Made by a program: the position numbers and the translations under genes
Part shown: positions 8,828 to 18,138 of the stretch, in pieces
Numbering within the stretch: position 1 is the stretch's first letter
How the letters are laid out: each line of letters begins with the position of its first letter
Notes under the pieces: generated by a model
Told to the model about the DNA's origin: nothing
The model's database searches: none
The model's input: only the letters and a program-made list of their open reading frames with translations
Source of the DNA: Candidatus Pyrohabitans jungbluthii
Lineage (GTDB): Archaea; Hydrothermarchaeota; Hydrothermarchaeia; Hydrothermarchaeales; BMS3B
Assembly: GCA_002010065.2 (NCBI GenBank)
Contig: MTMD02000001.1
Location: 1 to 64,000 of the forward strand
Reading direction: 5' to 3'
Length of the DNA: 64,000 nucleotides

Positions 8828-11230
8828 CTAAATATGAATTATGTTTGGAAGACCTCTACCCCATCTCCAGTTACCATTCCTATCCCAACCAGTAGCTATA
8901 TTGGGAATCTCTTTCCTACCGATTTTCTTAAAATACCCATTTCTTACACTATTTAGGCCTACAAGCATTAAAACATCTCGTGCTCTGCTAAATGCCACAA
9001 AATATTGCCTTATTAGGTCATCAAATGCTCTATCTATGGCATGCCTTTGGGGCGTTCCTAGAGGGGAATAAGGTCTTAATTCCTCTTCCATATTTACACT
9101 ACTTATTCTATCAACCCTTCCTACTCTATTAAGTCTAGGAAATCTTTTAAATGCATGTGCATAATGGTTTTCCCTAAAATCTGAACCAACATCTACAATC
9201 ACTAATGGAAATTCTAGTCCTTTCGCTTGATGTATAGACATTATATTTAATCTATTTGAGGGTATTGTTTCAAGAAGGTCTTCATTAATTTCAATAGTAC
9301 CGGTAGCAATCGGTACAAAAATATTCCATAACGCTTCTCTTATAGACGACTCCGAACGTGAGTCACTCGGGTCAAATATTATCTGTCCTCCAAAATTACC
9401 GATTAGCCCTGCTTGATTAATCGTTCTTGTTATCGCTTCCAAGTAAACTAAACCTTCAATATCATCTTGCATCCGTGGTATCCACGTAACTAACTTATAT
9501 ACCAAGCTTATTAGTGGAACTTCTGGATCTACTCTATCCTCTCTTCTTAAAAGAATCCTCCTATTTTGCCATGCATCAACAAACTCTCTAAGCGTCGGAT
9601 TATGAGGTGGTGGATTAGTGTCGATATAACTTCTCGCTACATCCCTCCACTCATTAAAAATAGAAACCACATTACGTGGTAAATTCAACATGTTTTGTAC
9701 ATTTTCATTTGGATCTATACATTCTAAAATTAAACCACAAAGTTGTTGAACTTCTGGGGTTAGCTCTAAGTTTTGTCCTCTTGGATTAAAAACTTGAATT
9801 GGAGGAGATAACTGACTTAATTCATCTCGTAATAATCGCGGAAGTCTTTGTCTTCCCCGTGAGTCAAATTCACGAGGAGAGCTACAAAGCACAGCAATAT
9901 CTCCCGGGCCACCCCGATTAGGGTCAATTTGTATATTATATTGTCCATGAGAATCTTGAATTTGAACGCCTCCTCCATATATAACACTATGAATGAACCG
10001 AGCGAGATCATGTGCGAGTTCTTCAACGGTATCTCTAAACATGCCAAGTATGGGGTAATTATCGTATGGTTGAGAACGTGCTGGAATAATATGTGGTTTA
10101 TTTTGAACCCTCGCATTCTGATAATGCTGGTCTAAAGTGATAAAATTATTACAAAAATCTACTATATTACTTGTAGACCTATAATTTCTGGAAAGATTGA
10201 TTGTTTGAGGATTAGCACGAAGATTATCACTTATTCTATTTCTAAATTCTTGAAACAGATCAACTGTAGCTCCACGAAACCGATACAAAGACTGATCATC
10301 ATCTCCTACAACAGTAATACTTCCACCATTTTCTAAAGCTGCCCTTGCCATTTCAAAATATATCTGTTCTTGAAGCAAATTTGTATCTTGGTATTCATCT
10401 ATAAGTATAAACCTAAGTTGTTGAAGGAATCTATTTAGTGCTCCATCACGAAGCCTGTTCAGAAACTCTTGCTCTAACAATGCAAAATCAAAAAGACCTC
10501 TACTATTTAATTCATTAAGGTAATCTTGAATAGTGTCACATACAACTGGAATACCTGAGTGGCTTAAACTATTTCTGAACTGAGACACATCTACTTGATC
10601 GTGGAAGAACCTATCTTTTATCTCACATAACATTTCAGCTGCTTTATCAGGCTTCAAATTGCTCCTTGAAACTAAACCAAAACTACTACCATTCAATTGT
10701 ACGAGATAATCTCTGAGATCCCTATTTCTAAATCTTCCATGATTGAAAAGTTGTCTTACCATTAAGCCCTTAGATACGAAACTCTCTATAACGGCTGGTA
10801 GTTTGTCTCCTGGTGCACGATAATCTCCTAAAATTTCTTCTGCAATACTATCTATTGTTCCAATAATTACCCTGCTTAAATCTAAATTCTCTAATTGATT
10901 TCTAATATGGTTATCATAAGAAAAATCTTCTCTAAACTTGCGGATTAGCTGGTCTCCCCATCCCAAGATTCTCGATCTTAATTCTGCTGCCGCTTTTCTG
11001 GTAAAAGTCGTTACCAAAATGTTAGAAGGTTCAATATCATCCACAAAGATCAATTTTAATACTCTTAATGCAATTACGGTTGTTTTGCCACTACCTGGTC
11101 CGGCAACAATAAATAAGGACTGATTTAGAGGTGCTCTTATTGCTCTGTTTTGATCCGGATTGCTATTACTTCTAATATCTCTGTCGAGTTGATTAACGAC
11201 AGCACTCTCAAAATCATACCAACTAATCAG
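8828..11230 (-). CDS. UvrD/PcrA superfamily 1 DNA helicase (probable CTG start)
   Basis: Motifs Ia TFTRKAA, II DEYQD, III GDDDQSLYRFRG, IV NYRS, V IHQAKGLEF, VI FVAFSRA. Walker A AGPGSGKTT lies in frame upstream of the track start (11053); CTG at 11230 follows GGAGGTGA. Confidence 0.9.
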   Translation of the reverse strand: MISWYDFESAVVNQLDRDIRSNSNPDQNRAIRAPLNQSLFIVAGPGSGKTTVIALRVLKLIFVDDIEPSNILVTTFTRKAAAELRSRILGWGDQLIRKFREDFSYDNHIRNQLENLDLSRVIIGTIDSIAEEILGDYRAPGDKLPAVIESFVSKGLMVRQLFNHGRFRNRDLRDYLVQLNGSSFGLVSRSNLKPDKAAEMLCEIKDRFFHDQVDVSQFRNSLSHSGIPVVCDTIQDYLNELNSRGLFDFALLEQEFLNRLRDGALNRFLQQLRFILIDEYQDTNLLQEQIYFEMARAALENGGSITVVGDDDQSLYRFRGATVDLFQEFRNRISDNLRANPQTINLSRNYRSTSNIVDFCNNFITLDQHYQNARVQNKPHIIPARSQPYDNYPILGMFRDTVEELAHDLARFIHSVIYGGGVQIQDSHGQYNIQIDPNRGGPGDIAVLCSSPREFDSRGRQRLPRLLRDELSQLSPPIQVFNPRGQNLELTPEVQQLCGLILECIDPNENVQNMLNLPRNVVSIFNEWRDVARSYIDTNPPPHNPTLREFVDAWQNRRILLRREDRVDPEVPLISLVYKLVTWIPRMQDDIEGLVYLEAITRTINQAGLIGNFGGQIIFDPSDSRSESSIREALWNIFVPIATGTIEINEDLLETIPSNRLNIMSIHQAKGLEFPLVIVDVGSDFRENHYAHAFKRFPRLNRVGRVDRISSVNMEEELRPYSPLGTPQRHAIDRAFDDLIRQYFVAFSRARDVLMLVGLNSVRNGYFKKIGRKEIPNIATGWDRNGNWRWGRGLPNIIHI

Positions 11231-11697
11231 TATATCACCTCCACTTCTCTATTTATTTTGTTGAGCCAATTCTTTAGTTGATGGAGTCTTTCCCCAATTT
11301 CTCCGGTTGCCCAGTACACATTTTGTTTATTAAGAACCCTTTTACCTCTTTCCAACGCAAGCATATACGTTTTACCGAGATTTACAAACACTTCTTTATA
11401 ATTATTATTTTTCAATGCATTTATTAATTTAATTTCAATTTCATTTGCTAATTCTTTCGCTCTCTCGATGGTCATCTTTTGATCATAATTTGAGATAGTA
11501 TCATTTTGTCTGATCAACCCATATTTTGCTGAAAGTATCAATATATCCAGATTATTTGGCATATTTTTTCGTAGTACACGATAGAACGGTCCATCGTATA
11601 ATTCAATTGCAGGGGCTTTTGAAATTGGCTTCTTTCGCTTTGAACAAGGTAAAATGATTAAATACTTCTTACTTTGGCTAACATTATTCTCGTCCAT
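11227..11697 (-). CDS. DUF6884/YaaA-like protein (possible small DpdC counterpart)
   Basis: IILPCSKRK...AIELYDGPFY...ILSAKYGLI...YD motif set; first gene of the island operon. Confidence 0.75.
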   Translation of the reverse strand: MDENNVSQSKKYLIILPCSKRKKPISKAPAIELYDGPFYRVLRKNMPNNLDILILSAKYGLIRQNDTISNYDQKMTIERAKELANEIEIKLINALKNNNYKEVFVNLGKTYMLALERGKRVLNKQNVYWATGEIGERLHQLKNWLNKINREVEVIY

Positions 11698-11964
11698 TTT
11701 CTACCACCTAACGACTTTCCGTTATGTTCATGATAACGTACATCAACCCCTCTGATTATCTCTACACCTCCCAAACAATTAGATTAATTTTCTGATAACA
11801 GACCACTGATATAAAATTCTTTCCATTTATTGGGTGCTGTGAAGTTTATAACGTTCGAACTCGGTTTTTCCTTCTATTGGTCTGGGAATTCTCCCAAGCT
11901 TTGACGCACCCTTGCGTGGTTGTAGTACAAACCAAACAGCCGCAGGAAGTTGGACACACATACT

Positions 11965-12207
11965 CTATCTTATAACATCTGCACGGGAAGTACTAATCAA
12001 TACCTGCTGTTTTTTTGCTATACTTTCCTTAACCTCTAATGCTAATTTATTAGCCATATCCTCACTTAATTTGCTCTTTGATACTATATCTCGAGCAACA
12101 GTCCATTTAACTTCATCAAAGAACTTCTTTAGAACACTGTCTATAGCTTTTTCAAATTTGTCCTGCATCCCCTCAGGCACATCCACCTTTATTACAATCT
12201 CACCCAT
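11965..12207 (-). pseudogene. Small antitoxin-like protein, probably truncated/read-through, no cognate toxin
   Basis: MGEIVIKVDVPEG... resembles archaeal antitoxins; the tail QQVLISTSRADVIR looks like junction sequence. Confidence 0.45.
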
Positions 12208-12531
12208 CTTCTCCACCTGCTTAATATTTAACATTTTAACCTTTAAAAATAAATCTTAAATATGAATTAAAATAAAAAATAATTATAATTAGCATAATTT
12301 TTAGAGAAATTTGTAAGATTACATTATTTATTATATTCTTAATTATTTATCATTCTTTGTTTATGAATTAACCAAGAATCTTGGGGTTATTTGGAATAAG
12401 CGTGTAGTCAATCCGCCTGACCTCAACAACCTTCTCCATTTTTCATCCTCATTCTATAAATAAACCTCCTGACTTATTAATCATTTTTGAGGTGCTCCGC
12501 CTTAGCGACGTTACACCCCTCTCTTACTTAA

Positions 12532-14088
12532 ATGCAGACTCTTATAAAGGAACGCAACACCGTAATCAAAAGCATCCATGGAAAGCTGCGCGTAGCCCTG
12601 GTATTTCCCAATCTGTACAGGGCGGGAATCGCTAACCTTGGAATGCAGATACTCTACGACCTGCTCAACTCCCGCGAGGATATATACGCGGAGCGCTTTT
12701 ATTTAGACGTGGAGAGGAGCGTTGAAACGCGCTCCCCCCTTCGCGACTTTGATGTAATCGCCTTCTCCTGGCAGTTTGAGCTCGACGCGGTGAACATCCT
12801 TGAGATTCTCAGGCGCAGCGGGATAGCGATAAGGCGAGAGGAACGCGAGCAGGTGGTAATTGCCGGCGGTCCGTGCTGTGTCAACCCCTCGCCCCTGGAG
12901 CACTTCGTCGATGCCTTCTTCATCGGTGAGGCGGAGGCGGGCATTCTGGAGGTAATCGAAGCTGTGAGGGGGAGGAAGAAGGAGGAAGCGCTGGAAGAGC
13001 TTGCTAAGCTTGGCTATATGTACGTTCCCGGAGTTAATAGAGGAGCGACGCGTGTGTATGCCCGCGACCTCGACGCTTACTTTCCCACAGCGCAGGTGCT
13101 CAGCGAGGCAGGAGCCTTCGGCGAAAGCCTACTCGTGGAGGTCTCCCGGGGCTGCGGTCGCGGGTGCAGGTTCTGCATGGGTGGCTACATCTTCCGCCCT
13201 CGCAGAGAGCGCAGCTTGGCGAGGCTGGAGGAGTTTATAACACAGGGCATTGAGGAGAGCAAACCTGAGAAAATCTCCCTCTTGGGCGCGAGCGTCACCG
13301 ACTACTCTCGCATAGACGAGCTGGCTGAGCTTTTAAAGCAGCTTGGTTTAGAGGTCGCTGCACCATCGCTGCGCGCAGACACCCTAACGAGAAGCTTTGT
13401 GGAGGCTCTGGTAAAAAGCGGTCAGCGCAGCATCACCCTGGCGCCAGAGGCGTGTGAGCAGCTTCGCTATGCGGTTAATAAGGACATGAGCAACTCTCAG
13501 ATTCACGCTGCCGCGAAGCTTGCGGCAGACGCAGGTATAAGAAACTTAAAGCTCTACTACATCCTTGGTTTTCCCGGCGAAGGTGAGGAGCACATTACAG
13601 CGCTCGCAGAGGAGGTAAAAGCGCTCAAGAGGGAGACCGGGCTAAGCATAAAACTATCAGTAAACCCCCTGGTACCAAAGCCCCACACACCCATGCAGTG
13701 GTTCCCCTTCCCAGAGCCTAGCGCGCTGAAGCGCAGGCTGCGCCTACTTCACAAAGCTCTCGCCGGCGTCGCAAGCATTGAGAGTGAGAGCGTTAAAAGT
13801 GCGGCGCTTCAGGCGGCGATAGCGAGGGGTGACTCTCGCCTTGGATATGTGCTCGAGAAGGTGCTGAGCTACGGCAGCAGTTTCAGTGCATGGAAGCGAG
13901 CCTTCAGAGATGCTGGGCTGAGCATGGAGGGCTACCTGGAGGAAATTAGTGTAGACGCTGAGTTGCCTTGGGAGAAAATAGATGTACTGGTGAACAAGAG
14001 GTACCTGCTCGAAGAGCACAGCAGGTTTTTTGAAGGCGAAACCTCGCCAAGGTGCTTCCCCCGCTGTAGGAGATGTGGCGTGTGTTAG
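12532..14088 (+). CDS. Radical SAM protein (B12-binding-like N-terminal domain)
   Basis: EVSRGCGRGCRFC CxxxCxxC motif, PKPHTP, C-terminal CxxxCxxCGVC. Confidence 0.88.
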   Translation: MQTLIKERNTVIKSIHGKLRVALVFPNLYRAGIANLGMQILYDLLNSREDIYAERFYLDVERSVETRSPLRDFDVIAFSWQFELDAVNILEILRRSGIAIRREEREQVVIAGGPCCVNPSPLEHFVDAFFIGEAEAGILEVIEAVRGRKKEEALEELAKLGYMYVPGVNRGATRVYARDLDAYFPTAQVLSEAGAFGESLLVEVSRGCGRGCRFCMGGYIFRPRRERSLARLEEFITQGIEESKPEKISLLGASVTDYSRIDELAELLKQLGLEVAAPSLRADTLTRSFVEALVKSGQRSITLAPEACEQLRYAVNKDMSNSQIHAAAKLAADAGIRNLKLYYILGFPGEGEEHITALAEEVKALKRETGLSIKLSVNPLVPKPHTPMQWFPFPEPSALKRRLRLLHKALAGVASIESESVKSAALQAAIARGDSRLGYVLEKVLSYGSSFSAWKRAFRDAGLSMEGYLEEISVDAELPWEKIDVLVNKRYLLEEHSRFFEGETSPRCFPRCRRCGVC

Positions 14089-14179
14089 GCTTGGATTTAA
14101 CCCTGAAAAAGGAAAGATTTTATAGGTGGTTTGTTAAAAATAAATTAACATCTAATACAAAACTGCTGAGAGAAAAAAG

Positions 14180-14854
14180 ATGACAAGGATACTAATCGCA
14201 GAGGATGAACTTATAACCTTGCGCGGGCTGGAGAGGGTGTTGAGTAGGGAGGGGCACGAGGTAGTTACCGCTGAGAATGGGGAAGAGGCTCTGAGAATAC
14301 TGAAAGAGCGCAGGGTGGATGTTCTCGTAACAGATATAAAGCTGCCGGGAATCGATGGTTTGAAGCTGCTTGAGTGGGTTAAGCAGCACCTTCCAGAGAC
14401 TAAAGTTATAATGATCACAGGTTACTCCAGCATAAAAGGCGCTGTTGAGGCTATGAAGCAGGGAGCAAGCGACTACATAGCCAAGCCCTTCAGCATAGAG
14501 GAGATAAAGGCATCTATAAAGGCTGTGCTTGAGGAGCAGAGGGTAACGCGGAATATCCCCTCCGGGGGGCTCTCCAAGCAGGAGTTTGAGCTTGTTATAC
14601 GCGCCCTCAACCACCCCATCAGAAGGGGGATACTGAGCATCCTGCGCGCTTCGCCAAAGAGCTTCACCGAAATTTGGCGGGAGACGGGCGTTGAGGACCC
14701 TACCACCGTGAGCTTTCACCTGCGCAACCTTAAGGCAACTGGAATTCTGAAACAAAGTGAGGATAAGGTATATTCCCTCACCACCCTCGGGAGAAAAGCC
14801 GCCTCACTTATGGACATGGTGAGGGTGGAAGAGGAGCACATTGGCAACTTTTGA
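14180..14854 (+). CDS. Response regulator, receiver plus ArsR-like winged HTH
   Basis: REC (AEDE, TDIKLP, KPF) followed by ALNHPIRRGIL...SFHLRNLK..GIL. Confidence 0.85.
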   Translation: MTRILIAEDELITLRGLERVLSREGHEVVTAENGEEALRILKERRVDVLVTDIKLPGIDGLKLLEWVKQHLPETKVIMITGYSSIKGAVEAMKQGASDYIAKPFSIEEIKASIKAVLEEQRVTRNIPSGGLSKQEFELVIRALNHPIRRGILSILRASPKSFTEIWRETGVEDPTTVSFHLRNLKATGILKQSEDKVYSLTTLGRKAASLMDMVRVEEEHIGNF

Positions 14855-15026
14855 AGGCGTGTTCAATAACAAAAAGTTACTAAAATATAAATCGCCCTCT
14901 TTTTTTGAGGAAAATTTCTAAAAAAAGTATATAAAATCCAAAGGTAAATAATATAGGAGGGGGTTGGGAGGGGGGCCCTATTACCCCTGCGAAAGTTTTT
15001 ATTTCACTTTTTTGTTATTAACAATT

Positions 15027-15680
15027 ATGGAGATATTGGTTATATCTGATATCCACGGGAGATTGGAAAGGCTGAGCCTGATAAGGGACGAGATAGCTGA
15101 TGCCGACGTGGTGGTGCTTACAGGGGATATAACAAACTTCGGCGGCAGGGAGGCGGCGAGGGAGATTCTTAAGCCACTGCTCAACCTCTCCAAGCAGCTT
15201 TTCGCAGTGCCTGGCAACTGCGACCTGCAAGAGGTGAATGAGCTTATAAAGGAGCTCAAGGTAAGCCTTCACAGCAGGAGCAGCGTTGTTGAGGGAGTTG
15301 GATTCTTCGGCGCTGGGGGCTCAAACCCAACACCCTTCGCCACGCCCCAGGAGTATAGGGAAGAGCACCTTATTGAGATGCTTGAGAGCGGTTATTCTGG
15401 AATAAAAGACCTGAGCACAAAGGTGATGGTTACCCATGCGCCCCCCTTCGGGACAAAGCTCGACCTAACCAGCGCAGGGGTGCATGCAGGCTCGCGAGCT
15501 GTGAAGGAGTTCATTAAAAAGATGAAGCCAGAAGTTGCGCTCTGCGGGCACATTCACGAGGCAAGAGGCGTTGCAAAGGTTGCCTCCACCACTGTTGTGA
15601 ATCCAGGAGCCTTTCACATGGGGTATGCGATTATAGAGCTAAATGAGGGCGAACCTGAGGTTAGGCTGATGGAGTATTAA
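15027..15680 (+). CDS. Calcineurin-like metallophosphoesterase
   Basis: SDIHG, GDIT, PGNCD, THAPP, GHIHE. Confidence 0.9.
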   Translation: MEILVISDIHGRLERLSLIRDEIADADVVVLTGDITNFGGREAAREILKPLLNLSKQLFAVPGNCDLQEVNELIKELKVSLHSRSSVVEGVGFFGAGGSNPTPFATPQEYREEHLIEMLESGYSGIKDLSTKVMVTHAPPFGTKLDLTSAGVHAGSRAVKEFIKKMKPEVALCGHIHEARGVAKVASTTVVNPGAFHMGYAIIELNEGEPEVRLMEY

Positions 15681-15702
15681 AAACAAAAGAGAGAGGAGGA
15701 GG

Positions 15703-16071
15703 TTACTGTTCTGAGGCTATCCTCTTGAGCACATTCTCTATCTTTGACACCAACACCGACTTGGGCACCGCGCCCACGAGACCGTCTATCGGCTCGCCCT
15801 TGTAGAAGAAGCCGAGGGTGGGGATGCTCATTACTCCGTAGCGCATTGAGATTTCGCGGTTCTCGTCGGTGTTCAGCTTCACAAACTTCATCCTGCCTTT
15901 GTACTCTGCGGCTACCTCTTCGAATATGGGACCGAGCATCCTGCAGGGACCGCACCATTCTGCCCAGAAGTCAACCACCACGGGGAGGTCTGACTTCAGC
16001 ACAAGCTCTTCCCAGTTCTGTGTCGTGGCTTTGTAGAGGTTCTCTCCAATTTCTTCTACCATTGCACTCAT
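15703..16071 (-). CDS. trxA: Thioredoxin
   Basis: DFWAEWCGPC, SIPT. Confidence 0.93.
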   Translation of the reverse strand: MSAMVEEIGENLYKATTQNWEELVLKSDLPVVVDFWAEWCGPCRMLGPIFEEVAAEYKGRMKFVKLNTDENREISMRYGVMSIPTLGFFYKGEPIDGLVGAVPKSVLVSKIENVLKRIASEQ

Positions 16072-16104
16072 AACTATTATCACCTCCTTATTTTATTTCA
16101 TGAG

Positions 16105-16497
16105 TCAGTGCCTGTGAATATGGACATGGCTATGCTCATGCCCGCTGTGGGTGTGAATTCTGGTTGAGTCATGCTCAAGCTTGCCCTTGGCGAGCTTTTC
16201 AACAGCCTCCTTCGCTGGTATCGCACTGGTTATTATCACCCTTTTATCCTCTGCAATCAGGTGGGAATAGGCACCTCTCCCCATACCCGCTGATATAACC
16301 ACGTCCACATCTTTTAATACCGGCAAAATCGCCTCATGGAAGTGCCCGCCCTCCCGAGCCTTGGGGTTTTCCCTCGCCTCGATAAAACTAAAGCCCTCGT
16401 CAGCTACCTCGTATATCAGGAAATATCCTGCCCTTCCAAAGTGCTCACTTATCTTCGCCTTTTCATCTGCTGCATCCGCAGCAACCGCAACCTTCAT
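16105..16497 (-). CDS. NifB/NifX-family metal-cluster-binding protein with His-rich tail
   Basis: HFGRA.YF, GMG motif, C-terminal HTHSGHEHSHVHIHRH. Confidence 0.85.
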   Translation of the reverse strand: MKVAVAADAADEKAKISEHFGRAGYFLIYEVADEGFSFIEARENPKAREGGHFHEAILPVLKDVDVVISAGMGRGAYSHLIAEDKRVIITSAIPAKEAVEKLAKGKLEHDSTRIHTHSGHEHSHVHIHRH

Positions 16498-16543
16498 TAT
16501 CTATCACCTTACCTGACGCATCACATATAACCTTATAAAAAAT

Positions 16544-16568
16544 ATATGTTATATCATGTGTAACATAT
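16544..16568. promoter_or_regulatory. Perfect inverted repeat, candidate operator in a divergent promoter
   Basis: ATATGTTA-N9-TAACATAT between the NifX-like/thioredoxin genes and the UDG gene. Confidence 0.45.
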
Positions 16569-16609
16569 TTGAACATAAATTTTTTCTGTGCCTGTAGCCA
16601 CACAGGATT

Positions 16610-17161
16610 ATGCACAACAACATAGAGGCTATTGCAAGGGAGATAAGACTCTGTACTCGGTGCAGGCTGAGCAGGAGCAGAAGGCAGGCGGTGCCCGGCG
16701 AAGGAAGCACGAGAGCAAGGATAATTCTGATTGGCGAAGCTCCCGGCAGAGAGGAGGATGCAACAGGTAAGCCTTTTGTGGGGCGAGCAGGAAAGTTGCT
16801 CACCCAGGTGTTGAACAATGCCTCTCTAACGCGGGAGGAGGTGTTCATAACCTCAGTGATTAAGTGCAGACCTCCAGAGAACAGGAGACCCAGGAAGAGG
16901 GAGATACGAGCCTGTCTTCCCTACCTGAGGAGACAGTTAGCGGCGATTAACCCGCGGGTTGTTGTGCTCTTAGGCGGAGTTGCGGGTGAAGCCATGCTCG
17001 GGATCAAGAAGGTGGGTGATGTCAGGGGGAAGCCCATCGAAAGGGAGAGGATATACATGGTAACTTACCACCCAGCGGCGGTGCTGAGAAACATAAACCT
17101 TCTTCCCTACCTCAGCGAGGATATTCGCCTGGCAAAAGAACTCGCTTACAACGAGACCTGA
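16610..17161 (+). CDS. udg: Uracil-DNA glycosylase, family 4
   Basis: CTRC, GEAPG, PFVGRAG, KCRPPENR, TYHPAAVL. Confidence 0.93.
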   Translation: MHNNIEAIAREIRLCTRCRLSRSRRQAVPGEGSTRARIILIGEAPGREEDATGKPFVGRAGKLLTQVLNNASLTREEVFITSVIKCRPPENRRPRKREIRACLPYLRRQLAAINPRVVVLLGGVAGEAMLGIKKVGDVRGKPIERERIYMVTYHPAAVLRNINLLPYLSEDIRLAKELAYNET

Positions 17162-18045
17162 CGCAGCAGACGAGCCATTCTGCACAGAATATCGCGGCGC
17201 GTTATTATGCCTATGGCATCACCGCGGTCGTCTATAACAATAAGCCTGCTTACATTGTTCTGCTCCATCACAGCTATCGCCGTGGAGAGGGCTGCGTCCT
17301 TGTGAATGGTTATCAGAGTTTTGCTCATGACCTCCTCGACCTTGCTGTCCTCCTTGCCCTCTGCCAACGCGCGGGCTATGTCCGTATTGGTTATAATCCC
17401 CACCGCTTTGGTGCCCTCCATTACCGGCGCCCCGCGGATACCTATCTGAGTGAAAAGCCTCGCTGCATCGCGAATGCTCGCCTCTGGAGAAATCGTCTTT
17501 ATGGTGTGCGTCGCTACGTCGTAAACCCTCTCTTTAGGAACAGACACCATCTCAAGAATATCGATGAGCAGCACATTATCTATGTCGTCTCGCCCAACCA
17601 CCCTGCCGCGAATCGCCAGCCTGTTAACAGGCGTTGGCCCTATGAGAACCACTTTGCCCACTGGTATCTGCTTCAGGTCGCCCAGGGCGTGCACTGTCGC
17701 GCGGCACTTCTCAGGGTCGTGAATTGTTATCAGGTCTATTCCGGTTACTGTCACATCCTCCACGGGTTTGCCGTCTATGCGAATGGGCACAGCTACCTCA
17801 CGTTCAAGCTTCTCGTAGTTAAGAATCGAATAACACTCAGCGGTGGGACGATAACCACCCTTTGGCCCAGGGACGCCCTCGACTAAGCCAAGGCTGCGAA
17901 GCGATTGCATCTGATTCCGTATTGTACCTGGATTCTTGTGTATGAGCTCCGCTATGTCCTCACCCTTAACCGCTTCGCCACCTGACTTGTGGTAAAGCTC
18001 TACCAGCGCCATTAAAACTTCTCTCTGAACGGGCGTGAGTTTCAT
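17146..18045 (-). CDS. Transcriptional regulator with N-terminal HTH and C-terminal CBS pair
   Basis: LTPVQREVL...NPGTIRNQMQSLRSLGLVEGVPGPKGGY plus two CBS repeats. Confidence 0.88.
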   Translation of the reverse strand: MKLTPVQREVLMALVELYHKSGGEAVKGEDIAELIHKNPGTIRNQMQSLRSLGLVEGVPGPKGGYRPTAECYSILNYEKLEREVAVPIRIDGKPVEDVTVTGIDLITIHDPEKCRATVHALGDLKQIPVGKVVLIGPTPVNRLAIRGRVVGRDDIDNVLLIDILEMVSVPKERVYDVATHTIKTISPEASIRDAARLFTQIGIRGAPVMEGTKAVGIITNTDIARALAEGKEDSKVEEVMSKTLITIHKDAALSTAIAVMEQNNVSRLIVIDDRGDAIGIITRRDILCRMARLLRQVSL

Positions 18046-18138
18046 GGTCTTCCCCTTATAAACTAAACTTAATACCAAGACATTATTAATGATTAACTAT
18101 GATAGATATTTATATATAAACCTTTAGGGAGTTGTGAA

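Larger units (their letters stand above)
6290..12500. mobile_element. AT-rich horizontally acquired (defence) island; boundaries approximate
   Basis: Abrupt switch to visibly AT-rich sequence between trpS and the radical SAM gene; contains dpdA-like, nuclease and helicase genes plus TA remnants; no integrase seen. Confidence 0.8.

Noticed and set aside
14953-14990. G-rich tract with CCCTATTACCCC, similar to the 43-nt repeat
   Set aside because: Only ~12 nt match and the stem-loop is not preserved.
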